In this document: in pieces, positions 1-12,089 of the stretch
Layout: every line of letters starts with the position of its first letter
How positions within the stretch are numbered: position 1 is the first letter of the stretch
Origin: Auanema rhodensis
Taxonomy: Eukaryota > Animalia > Nematoda
Direction: 5' to 3'
Length of the DNA: 64,000 nt
NCBI GenBank assembly: GCA_964057225.1
Contig: OZ059894.1
Location: forward strand, 14,074,001 to 14,138,000
Translations under genes and position numbers: made by a program
Notes under the pieces: model-generated
Databases searched by the model: none
What the model was told of the DNA's origin: nothing
Seen by the model: only the letters and a program-made list of their open reading frames with translations

Positions 1-3000
1 GTGATCCATCTCTTCGTGTTGAATGGCTTCACAATGATCATCCAATTCCATATTCCAACAGAATTTCCTGCAGCAATGAATTTGGTGTTGCTACTCTGCT
101 TATCAAGCATCTTATCACCGCTGATAGCGGAGAATATAAATGTGTTGCTACTAATTCCAAGGGATCTGCTGAAACTAAGGCAACCATCACTGTGGAATCC
201 ACTGTATTCACTGAAGCACCAATCATCATTCAGCCATTGGTTGAGAATATAGATGGAACATTGGTTAGTATTAAGTTATATATGTATGTTTAAGATTACT
301 GAATTATAGGAAGGAGATTCTGTTCATCTTGAATGCCGTGTTGGACCAATCAATGATCCACAACTCAAGGTTATGTGGTATCGTAATGGAGCTCCACTTC
401 CAGAAGCTAGCAGGTTTGTTTTCATTAAATTTCGAAACTTCACGTATTCAAATTTCTGTTTTTCAGATTCAAGCCAACATTTGAATTCGGATTTGTTTCT
501 TTGGATATTCTTTATGCATATCCTGAAGATAACGGAGATTATGAGTTGGTAGTTGTAAATGCTAAGGGTGAAGCACGTACGAAATCTCACATCACTGTTT
601 TATCCCGTCCATCCCTTGATTACACTTCACAAGGTGGAAGTCGTTTGGAGAATTTGGAGTCTCACTTCCGTCAACATTCAACAGCTCCACTTCAACTTCT
701 TGCTGATGACGTTTATGATGCTAATCAACAGAAGTAAGATTTGATTTCCATTATAGTTGATTGAGATAAAAATTAATTTTTCAGAGCTCCAGAATTCAAG
801 GTTCCAATGCAAAACATTGGAGTCATGGAAGGACAATTCTGTAGATTCGAAACTCAAATTGCTCCAATCAACGATCCATATCTCAAGATCGAATGGTACA
901 AGGATAAGAAGCCTGTACTTCTCGGTCATCGCTTTAGAAGTACCTTGGACTTCGGTTTTGCTTGTCTTGATCTCCTGTATGCTCTCCCAGATGATACTGG
1001 AGAATATCATTGTGTTGCCACAAACAGACATGGTATGAACATACTTTTAACTAAAACTTTACAATTAATTAAATATTTAGGCCAAGCCATGATTGCTGCT
1101 AAGTTAGCTTGCCAAGGAGCTTCTCATGTCATCACTGAGAGCCAAATGCCACAGGGTATGCTTGTTAACAGCGTCAAGAAAGACAGCAACAAGCTTCATT
1201 GGTCAGCTCAAACACCTGACCACCAAGTCCGTCAGAAACAAGCACCTCAATTCACCATTCGTCCAAGAAATCTCCAGGTTTGATTGTTACAACGACAAAG
1301 GTAAATGTTTATTCTGATATTCAGGTTACTGAAAATGAACCTGCTCGTTTCGAATGTGCTGTTATTGGTAATCCACGTGCTAAGGTTACGTGGTATATCA
1401 ACGGAAACCAAGCTTTACATGTAAGATTTAACAGAAAATAAGGTTATTGTTGATTATTCAACATGTTTCAGGGACATCGTTATAAGCTTACTTATGATGG
1501 TCTCCACTACTTGACCATTTCAAATTGCCGTATATCTGATGCTGGTGAAGTTGTTGCTATTGCTAAGAACACCGAAGGAGAAACTCTTGCTAGCTGTACA
1601 TTGGATATCTATCAAAAGAACGATTTCCGTCAAACTAAGCTTAAACCTACTCAACTCAAGACCTCTGACGAGCTTATGGAGCGTCAACATCGCTGGCAAA
1701 AGGAAACACTTGGAAAACTTGGTGAAGCTTTCGATGCTGCTCCTAGACCAGATGCTATGAAATTGATGCATGTAGAGAGGTAACATAAGACTTTTGTAAC
1801 TTTGTTATAAATTATATTCAGAGCACGTTCTCCCATTGAACCTATGGAGACTGAAGAATTACTCCAGAAGTTCACTAGACCTCGCGATGATCAATTCTAC
1901 GAACAACTCTCTTATGTATAATATGAATTTGATATTGATAATTAAGCTTTTAATTCAGGTTGAAACATCTAAGCCTCAATTCAAGGGAATGGAACTTGAG
2001 TCTATTAACCTCAAGGCTGGTACAACTGCCAAATACGAGCCACCAACTGAGGAAATGGAGAAGGTAGTCATCAAGTTAATTCATAGTTAAAAACATTTTT
2101 TCAACTTATAGGTCAGCTTGAAAACTATTCCATCAGCAGAAAAGGAAAAGCCTAAATGGGAAAAACCAAAATGGGCTGCTGGTGGAGCTAAGTTGGGAGG
2201 AAATGTTGAACAACGGTTTGAGGATCATTTGGATTTTCAAAATTATTTCTGTTATTTCAGCTTTAAGAAACTTCCATCGCCACCCAAGGAAGTTGAGGTT
2301 CCAGCTCGTGATCAAATCAAGTTGAAGACTGCTAAGCCAACACGTGCTGAGCAGGTTAATGCTGGTGATCATGTCAAGATTCCTGAGGAGAAGGCCAAGA
2401 TAAAGCAAGTTGAACAAGGACCAGAAAAGGAAAAGGAAGATGTTAAGCCACATAAGGATCAAGTGCAACTTAAGGTTTGTATTAAACATGTAATACTAGA
2501 GCTTACGTTGTATAATTCCCAAAAAGCATTAAGTAATTATCACAAATCCCTCTCTTCACATCAATATTTTAATTTTTACTCAGAAACATATCCCAAATAT
2601 ACCAAACTTAAATATAAATATAACATTTTAAAACCTTCTCACATCTTCAGACTAAGTTTGCACCAAAGAAGGTAGAATCCTTTGAGCCTGTTAAAGTTGA
2701 AAGTAAACAACTGAAGGATACACCAGCTGTCGTCAAGCCAGCAATTGAACAATCAACCATTAGCAACAAGGTTCATAATCATCTTTACCATATTTTATTT
2801 GATATTAACATATATACCTAAGCTAATACAAAGGAAGTTTGTTCTAACTATCATAACCAACAGCATGCAATCCAAGTTTGCAATCCAAGTTTGCAAGACA
2901 AGTTTACAAGAATATAGAAGAAATGAACAAAGAATTTTCCTTTGCATGTCAACAATCTTAATTATTTTATTCTTTAACAAGAATGGTATTAATAACTTTA

Positions 3001-5485
3001 ATATAATCTGTTTGATATGTGTGTATATACTTCTAGCATCATATAATCTATCAAACATATCGTGAACATCGTGATGAACATCGATATGAAGAACAAAATA
3101 ATTTAACAATGGATTATCTAACTGTTGATTCAACTTCTGAAACTCTTGTTCACCGTCATGAATATCAATATTCTCCACGTACTAGAGAACGAACTATTGG
3201 ATTTCACATGATACGGGCATGTTTTCAATTTTTTTTTAGTTTTCTTGTTATGGTATGATGATGTGTGTGTATGTGTATGCGTGTGTGTGTGTGTTCATCT
3301 ACTAGTTTTGAATCATTCATCATCTGTCCTTGGATAACTGATTCCTTTTTCAGCCTCAACCAACAAAGATTGGACAATCTAAACAAGCTCCACCTACTGT
3401 TTCTCAACAGCTTAAGCCTATTCAAGGAGAACTTGGCAAATCAGCCAAGTAAGCTATTATGATGAAATAGCCAAATTTATTTTATATCTTCTAGATTCTT
3501 TGTTGGATTTGATGGTGCTTTACCTATTAAGGTGACATGGTTGAAGGACGGAAAAGAGATCAAGAGTACCTTCCGTACCCAGGTAATTTCCTCTCACATC
3601 GATATCTTTTATTTATTTATTATTTTCAGATTTCCACTACCAATACTGGATCTACATTATCCATTGGACGTCTCGAGAACAGTCATGGAGGTGAATATAC
3701 CTGCCGTTTGGAAAATGTCGCAGGAACCGTGGAAACCTTGGCCTCTTTAACGTTATCAGCTGCTGTTAGCAAAGGAGCAGCTCCAGATTTCAAGACAAAA
3801 CTCAACGATTTGAGAGCCAATCAAAACAGCCCTGCTGAATTCAGCTGTACTATTAGTGGTGATCCAAAGCCATCAATCAGCTGGTTTAAGGTTGTTTACT
3901 TGACTTTCGTTTTTAAATTTATTTTTGTAATATTCAGGACGGTCAACCACTTCCAAATGCTGGTCGATATGTTTCTTCAGATGATGGCAATGGAACGTAC
4001 AAGTTGACTCTTCAAGATACTTTGCCACAAGATTCCGGAATATATGAATGTGTAGCAAAGAACCCTGCTGGAGAAGCCAGATGTAAAGCTCGTCTCAATA
4101 TCAATCTCTCCAAGACTGGAAAAGGAGCTGAGCAAGGCCCACGTTACGAATCACCTAGATTCAGCTCCCAGATTCAACCAGTTGTTGTGGATGAAGGAGC
4201 TGCTGCTTCATTCTCAGCTAAATTCTCTGGATTCCCTGAGCCAACCATCAGATGGTACCGTAACAACGAGCCAGTGAAGAAGAGCGCTGCTTACCAGGTA
4301 GTTTCATTATTGTTTTTGAAGAAACTAAAATTCCTATTCTAGATTTCCCAAACCAATGGTGAAGCAGTCTTGAAAATCTCAGGTGCTCGTCAAGAAGATG
4401 TAGCTGAATACAAGGTTGAGGCTAGTAACCCAGCCGGAAAAGCTTCATCTGTTGCTAACTTAGTGCTTACACGTAAATATGATGTTATTAGTTTCATTTC
4501 ATTATAATCATTGTTATAGCTAAAGCAGGAAGAATATCAAAAACAGCTGGAGGCGCTGGAGGTAAATCATCTGATAAGCCTGCTGCGGATGCTCCCCACT
4601 TCGTCGCCAAGTTAACTGATATCTCTGCCCGACAAGGTAATAAGTTTTTATAATTATTATACAACCTAGTTATGCTTTCAGGACACACTGTTAAGTTTGT
4701 TTGTGAAGTTGACGGAGATCCAGAACCAACTATCCAATGGCAACATAATGGTCGTCAAATCTATGCGGGTCGAGATATTAAGGTTTAACTATATGATATA
4801 ATATATTTAAAATACAAAGTATATTCAGGTTTCCAAAAATGGTAAACAAGCTATTCTTGAGTTGGCTAGAGTAAGTGAAAACAGTGCTGGTGATTACACT
4901 TGTGTAATTCGTAATCCCAAAGGAGCTGCTCAATGCCAAGCTAAATTGACTCTCAGTATGTTTTAATCTTTTTATTTTATAAAAATTAAAATATAAAATG
5001 AGATTGCTATAAATAAAATTTCATAAAATAATACGAGTACCAGTACCATATATGTATAAAAATATTATATTTTTCATGATATTTGTGCACGTTTTGCGGT
5101 GTTTCAATGCATTATTACCTTCCTACAAATCACGATGATGTCATGATTTCTTATTCTTATAACATAAATGACGTCATCAAAAGCATATTTCTAGCACATA
5201 TATCAAACCTATTTTTTGAACTATCATTTTTCCCTTTTTCTATATATGGGTGATTTTCTTATTCTTTATCCTTAAATTATAAATTTTTTTTTCTATTTAT
5301 TTTCAACCTTTCTATAATATTCCTTATATAAACAATATTTTATATTATATATAGTTACTATATTATAAGGTTTTTATAAAAAAAATATTTCTTATTAAAA
5401 CCTTTAAAGCATGAATATGTAACTATACTCCATTCCCTATCACTAACCAACTTCATCAAACATTTTTCTATTTTCAGGTCGATAA
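1..5485 (+). CDS. ketn-1: Kettin (titin-like Ig-repeat muscle protein), 3' part, multi-exon; 5' end lies outside the window
   Basis: Tandem I-set Ig domains (e.g. PINDPYLKIEWYKD...FGFACLDLLYALPDDTGEYHCVATN; DSGIYECVAKNPAGEARC) with kettin-type linkers, joined by short GT-AG introns. Last intron 4956-5477 gives ...KLTLSR* (TAA 5483-5485). Confidence 0.9.
3037..3216 (+). CDS. Candidate 180-nt cassette exon of kettin with a GC donor
   Basis: TTCTAG acceptor; 60 open codons HHIIYQTYREHRDE...RERTIGFHMIR; donor GCATGT at 3217; phase 0-0, matching the flanking exons that end at 2770 and start at 3354. Confidence 0.7.
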
Positions 5486-7078
5486 ACTTATCAAGAAATA
5501 TTAAAAAATAAAAGGATTTTCACACATTTTCCAACAACATTTTCCAATTCAAGATGCTATTCTACGAGATTTTAAATATTTTTTTCATTCATTATTCTAA
5601 TTTCTATTTTTTTTTCATGTTTTCCATGTGTTGTATCTTGTATTCGTCTCCTATCATCACTGCTGCTCATCAACTCAGTTATCATCTATTGAAACCATTT
5701 CCTACTGCTGCTGCCCCTTACCTCCATAATGGGTTTTCTCTATTTGATTATCTGATTCAACTGATTTTTGTTTTTGATACAATACTATCCAACAACTGCT
5801 GCTGCTGCCCTCTTCTCTTGTTTATGATATATGTATCAAAAAACTTAAATCAAATTATTTGAAGATGATACTTATAACACATAGTCAACAATTTTTGAGA
5901 TATGATTAAGAAATTGATCTAAACAATGATGATCTTGAGCTTTTCTCACAAAAACACTCTGTTTGCTGCAACTGTTTAAAGAAAAAAAGCTCATGTTCAC
6001 CATCATTATTTCAATGAATCAAATGCCTTTATCATAATCACTTTCATATATTTCTTCAAAAAGTTTTATATGTTGTAAATATCTGTCAAATCTTCTTTAA
6101 TAGTTTGTATTCTTCAAACTTTCTTCAATTTCTTTCGAATTTTCAGATAAAAGATCTATTCGATATTAGGTATTTGACCAGCTTGATTGTATGGTCTTTT
6201 CTCGAATAAACGAAAAATTAGAAATCTTTGTAGGTCCTTAGCTTTATATACATTCAGATATAACTATCTGAATGTTATATACTTAACTATACACATAATC
6301 TAGTCATTCAATGAGCTGACAGTTATATACGATATTACTTTGCTTTAGTTTTAGTATTTACTGATTTCTCGACTTGTCGGCTTTTGAAATGTATTTTTGT
6401 TTTTTTTTTCTCTTCAACTCTGAAGATTTGTTCACATTTTATAGCGAAATTTAGTGTTTTACGAGGTCAATTATTTGCTTTTTTTCTACATAATTTTATT
6501 AGATTTGTTCATTTACAGATTTTGCTGTATTATATAATGAGTTTTTTTCTTAAATTATCAGAGTTTTGTTATCTTTTTTTACTCTATCTGTCTGTCTATC
6601 TCTTTCTTTCTCTCTCTCTTTCTTTTATTTTTATAGCCAAATATTATTAATAATTTGCTCAAAATAAAAGATTTTTATTAAAGTTTCATTGTATTTCATA
6701 TAGACATATCTATATTTATAATCATAAACATCTTTGAAAAGAACAAAAAAAAACAATCGGTGAAGTTTTGAAGAAATTAGACCATAACTGAATAAAAATT
6801 GAAATAGAAAGCATAATAGAAATCGAAAACTTATATATCTTTACATATCTATTGTAATTTTACTAAGAAAAATATGTAATTAATACAGATATATTACATA
6901 ACTATATGATTTAGATGAAATACATTTTAAGAAAATATGTCAGATTATTATCTGGTAGAAGGGGGCGGTAGGAGTGAAATTGGCTTCCATTTATTCAACT
7001 TTCCTCACTTCCCATAGAGCGCTTTCCATTATTTATTTTTATTTTCAATATATATTATATAGTTTATTTCAGTTAACT

Positions 7079-9279
7079 ATGACAAACAATAGTATATCGC
7101 CAACAATATCCATAACCATATCATTTGGATTACTTGTTCTCATCCTAAATGTTTCCTGTATTCCTTACATATTTAGGGAAATCAATCAAACTTGGAATGA
7201 TTTTGATGATGCAATGATTCAAACACAAGTAACTATAATATATATTATTATTATTTTTAATAATCAATATAAAATTATAATAATTTCTTATTTTAGAACT
7301 TGAGACAACAAGTAATGGATGAACTTAAGAAATTGGTTAATACTTCATCCGATTTTCATATAATCAGACGTAGAGGGTAATTTCATTTAAACCAATATGA
7401 ATATAATTTTATTTTTTAAAATATTTATAAATATTATTTAAGCACTCATAAAGTCATGATGAATGATAATAGCCGCTTATATACTATCAATGAGAAAAAA
7501 CGAAAAAGACCTCATAGATCTCATAGAAAACGTCATCATGCATATCCGGATCTAGAGGTAATATTGAAAAATAAATAACTATTAATATCATAATAATATA
7601 TTAATTATATTATATTACAGTATTATAACATACCTTCCCAATCGAACAATTTTGATTTTTCTAATTACTATAAAAAGCCAAAGCCAGCATCATGCCGTAA
7701 GATTTACTAAATCTGAAAAATAATATTTTCTAACTTCTTTTCAGTGTGTATTATTCACAATACCTGTCTTCCTGGACCTCCAGGCCAGAAGGGTATGCCA
7801 GGAGAAGATGGAACGCCTGGACTAGATGGAGATGACGGTTTACCAGGACTTGGTCGAAAAAAAGATATGATTGGAGAATTGGATATTAGTCAAATAGCAT
7901 GTTCAACTTGTCCTCCTGGTCCTCCTGGAGAAAATGGTCCTAGAGGACGTAGAGGTATATTTGTTTTTAGTTTCTAAAGTCTTTTACTGCTGCTCCCCTA
8001 ATGTTGAAAATATAGGAAAGCAGATGTACATTACAAAATTTATTTTAATTCGATCACTGGGGTTGTAGAGAAAGCTTCTTAGAGATTGTATTCGATTGGC
8101 AAGTTCTTTCTGCGGACCATACCGTCTCCTTGGAACCATTCACGACGGAATTGCTTGGCAGCACCATCGGGAGCGTTGGTCCATTCAATGGTGATACGAT
8201 CGTTGGCGGTTTCTTCGCTGCCGCTGTCGAAGGCGTCGCAGGAAACAGCCATAAGAACAGCTTCCTTAGCATCAAGAACACCTAAAGAAGTAGAGTTGAA
8301 ATATTGAAATATTAGATGAGTTTATTACCACATGGTGGCTCACAACCAAGACGCTTCATGTTGGTGGTCTTGATAGCCCATCCGATACGGCGGTTGGAGG
8401 TGTTGGTGATCTGAAGAAGATCACTTTAGATACCGAAGTATCATATAGATTAAAATGAAACGATTTTAATCAAATCGAATATTTTTCTTCTATGACGTGT
8501 AGATGTACCTTGACGTGGTTGCTGATCTTGTCCTCGAAAGGAGCATTGTAGACGATCTTAGAGGTTGGTTGGGTAATGATATCTCCTGGAGCAACTTGAG
8601 CCATTTGGATTGCTTTTCCGTGTTAACACTGGAATGATAACACTGAAGATTTCACTCCTATTTATACTCATTTCCACGTGAACTTACGTCTGCGTGCTTG
8701 GCGCTGATTGGCTGTTGGGCTTCCGCAGCTACGTGTACGAGTCACGTAAGGTGCGCTTGTTTTTCAAAATAAAAAAACAATGTTGAAATTTTTTTTTAAA
8801 TATTCAAATTTGAATGAAAAATAGAAATTTCAAAAACAAAATGGGAAAATATATTAAATATTAGAATTAAGAATCAAAGATATGTATAATAATATAATTA
8901 ACAAAAACAATAACTTTTACAATATAACACTGTATATAATATACAATATATATAATATAAACTATACATATACATATATAGTATTATTAAATAATATATT
9001 ATATAATATAAAGTATATAATATATGTGATAATACTATATATATAGTATAATATTATATATTATATATATATAGTTTAAATAATACTATACATACATAAA
9101 TTATATTGACCTTAGGAAAATTAATAAAGTTATGCTACTTTGCATCAATCATACTCATTTGTTATAGTTTTGAACTTGTATTTCATATAATGTAAGAATG
9201 TTATATATCAATATCAGTATTTATGAGTACATAGTTAAAAACCTTTATTTTAATATAAATATATATATATAAATAACTA

Positions 9280-9318
<39 letters not shown>

Positions 9319-11777
9319 AACGTTATTATATAAGGTCGTCGAGGAATTGCTGGCAACTTTGGAGAGCCTGGTTTGCCTGGTCAGAATGGTATGCCTGGAG
9401 TGTCAGGAGTACAAGGTCCAAAAGGACGTATTGTAAGATAAATACATTACATTTGAATATTTTTTAAATATTAATGAATTAAGGGTAATATGGGTGTAAT
9501 GGGTCCGGTTGGTCCACCAGGGCTGGATGCTGAAAATGTATTATTCTTAAGAGGACCAAAGGGCGAAACTGGAGCACCAGGTGCTGTTGGTATTCCAGGA
9601 CAACAAGGCTTAAACAATACTATTGTAAACTCTTTTTTTCGGATGAAATATTTATTTTAATAAAATATATATTTTTAGCAAGGCCCCCCTGGTGTTCCAG
9701 GTAAAGATGGAGCTGATGGTAAGCCTGGACAGCGAGGAAAACGGGGATTGTTCGGATATCAAGGAGCAAAGGGAATAACAGTCAGATTACATACACCAAG
9801 TGCATTAAGAATTAATTCATTTTCTTCAGAAATGTCCCTGTCCAGCAAAAACTGTGAACATTAAAGATGCTGAAACGCCAGAAGATGCGGATATGTTCCA
9901 AGTATTCCCTAGTGTTATGTAAAATACATAATAAGATATATTTTATAATCATTATAAGAATTATAGATTCAAGGAAGAGCCAGTAGATATGATGCAAATA
10001 ACTTCAACTGCTGATTTGGCAGTAGAACCTGTGAATAATGATCATAATTCAAGAGATCAAATGGCTTTTGATGGGGGTTTAGAACCCATGAATCCAACTT
10101 CAATGTATGGAAACATCGATCCTGAATTTTCAAAAAGCATTGATGCATTGAGAGAACGATTGATGGAGATTCGACGAAGTCCAGTAGATACTTTTGATGA
10201 TAAGTAAATTATTTTATATAAATAATATAAATATAATATTTTCTTTGATTAGACGTGTTAAACGAGATAAGAAAACTGATCCATTTGTTCTTATTGTTGG
10301 AAATGGACAATTAAGTGTTCAAGAGCCTCCGTAAGTTTAAATTTTATCTTTATTATATTTATTCCATACATTTTTAGTAAAGTTCCTTATAAACAATCAG
10401 GAAATATTGATCTAAAGAGTTTAAAGTCTAGTTCGCACAGTGATAACTCGTTTGAAAGCCCCGTTGAAAACCCAATTGAGGAAAGTACGAACATTCATCA
10501 AGGCGAGCTTCAAGCTGAGCCTCTGGTATCAAACGTTCCGGCTGTGTGGAAGAATAATACTCAGAACGAAAATTCAAACTCTCAAGACTGGAGACGATGG
10601 AAACTTAGACAAGAATATCTGAAACGCATCGGTGCTGCTGGCACTCCTTTAGAAACACCAGAAACAAATTCTTCTCCTCAGGCGGTTTATACTGAGGTCA
10701 AGCAAAATTCTGAACAAATAAAAAATGAAGAGTATGATGATGAACAAGAATACGATAACGAAGAAGATGATCATGAAGTGGATGTACCAATTATACCACA
10801 TATAGCCTCAGGGCGAATGAGAGTATTATCATTTTCTCCTGAAGAATTGATAAGTCGCTCAAAGATGATAGAAAAAATGAAAAAAGTTAATCAGCTTAAG
10901 TCAAGTACACAAAAGAAAGAGATTGAAGAAGATCCTGTTATAGTGCAGCCAACAACTACAATGGCTACTAAAACTACACACTCAGCTTTAAATTTAAAAA
11001 GAAAAGAAATAAAACTGAAAGGAAATCGTCATTCGGCACAATCTATTTATAAACCAATCCAGCCAAATGTTGCAACATCATCAACAACAGTAACCACACC
11101 ATCAATCACATCAACTACGGAACAACCAGCATCGCGACAAGCCATAGAAATACCAGCATCATCAGCATCTCCAATCGCTACAACAACAATAACAACTACA
11201 AAACCAGCAAAAGGAGATAAATCTAAGAAAGCATGGAAATCAAATGGCAAAAAGGTAGTTAAGATAAAGCCGAATGAAAATTTGTTTAAAATAGAAGATG
11301 AAATTAGACAAAACAAACAAGAAGTAACTTTTATATTAAAATTATATTTATAATTAATATATTTAGGTTATTCGGGAATCAGAAAAAAAAGTATTATTAC
11401 AAGATATTGCTAAAAATGTATGTTTTACTAAATAGAATATTAAGATATTTATTTATTCAATTTACTTTTGTTTTCTGAATTTTTTTTATTTAAACAAATT
11501 AATTTCAGGTTTTAAAACGGTTGGAACTAAATGGAAACGGGGATGTTCCAAAAACAGTAGTTCTTGCTGGAGAAAAGAAACAGAAACAGAAGCAAAATCA
11601 AAATAAAAAAAGTGTAATACCAATGAAAGCTCAAAAATCTCTTTCAATTGGAAAATCAGTTCATCAGAACAATCTGGATAACTTAGAAAACGTTAGTATT
11701 TATATGAATGTTCTATAAGAAATCGAAAATCATTATTTTTTCAGATGACACAATTTACCTTAGAACATCGTGAATAA
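7079..11777 (+). CDS. Nematode cuticle collagen with a long C-terminal non-collagenous extension
   Basis: TTTCAG acceptor before the ATG; N-terminal hydrophobic anchor and cuticle-collagen N domain; basic cleavage-type sites (RRR, RKR); Cys clusters (SCQC...[24 protein letters not shown]); Gly-X-Y exons. In-frame exons continue to [10 protein letters not shown] (TAA 11775-11777). Confidence 0.85.
8079..8604 (-). CDS. msp: Major sperm protein (126 aa, 3 exons), nested antisense in the collagen intron 7955-9334
   Basis: Exons 8604-8509, 8410-8329 and 8281-8079 translate [13 protein letters not shown]...[16 protein letters not shown]...[20 protein letters not shown], the MSP signature. AATAAA on the minus strand at 8039-8044. 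Confidence 0.97.
8630..8760 (-). promoter_or_regulatory. MSP core promoter: TATA box, Inr-like TCATT, CCAAT box and ACGT-core cluster
   Basis: Minus-strand TATAAATA at 8659-8666 with TCATT about 30 nt downstream; AGCCAATCAG at 8704-8713; CACGTG at 8675-8680 plus three further ACGT cores, in a locally GC/CpG-rich patch. Confidence 0.65.
9284..9315. repeat. (AT)n microsatellite
   Basis: About 16 uninterrupted AT units at the end of an almost GC-free intron stretch. Confidence 0.9.
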
Positions 11778-12089
11778 GAAAAGTATGTTAATTAATTGAT
11801 GTTTCTTAAATAATGCTAATTAGGAAGAGAATCTTTACTCTTAACTTAAGAGTAAATCTAATAATTATATTAAAAATTTAATTATATGAATAAATTATGT
11901 TTATTATACAAGACAATTATTAAATTGTACAGTGTTTGTCATCAAGCTCTCATCTTTTCATACATACAAACAAACATGAAGTAATTATAGAAGAAAAAAA
12001 TTATGCAAGATTGATTAACACGCAGTAAACGTAGTTTTCTTCTTCTTTGGATGAAGAAGATTTAAAAAATTATTTTATCATATGTATAA

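Noticed and set aside
2866-2896. 13-bp tandem duplication (TGCAATCCAAGTT)x2 in a kettin intron, as a possible extra exon
   Set aside because: No donor/acceptor pair gives a frame-compatible exon; probably local slippage.
5554-6650. Phe/Leu/Ile-rich ORFs from the ORF track, here and at 43-45 kb and 55-59 kb
   Set aside because: Artefacts of T-rich UTR or intron DNA with TTG/GTG starts; no splice or homology support.
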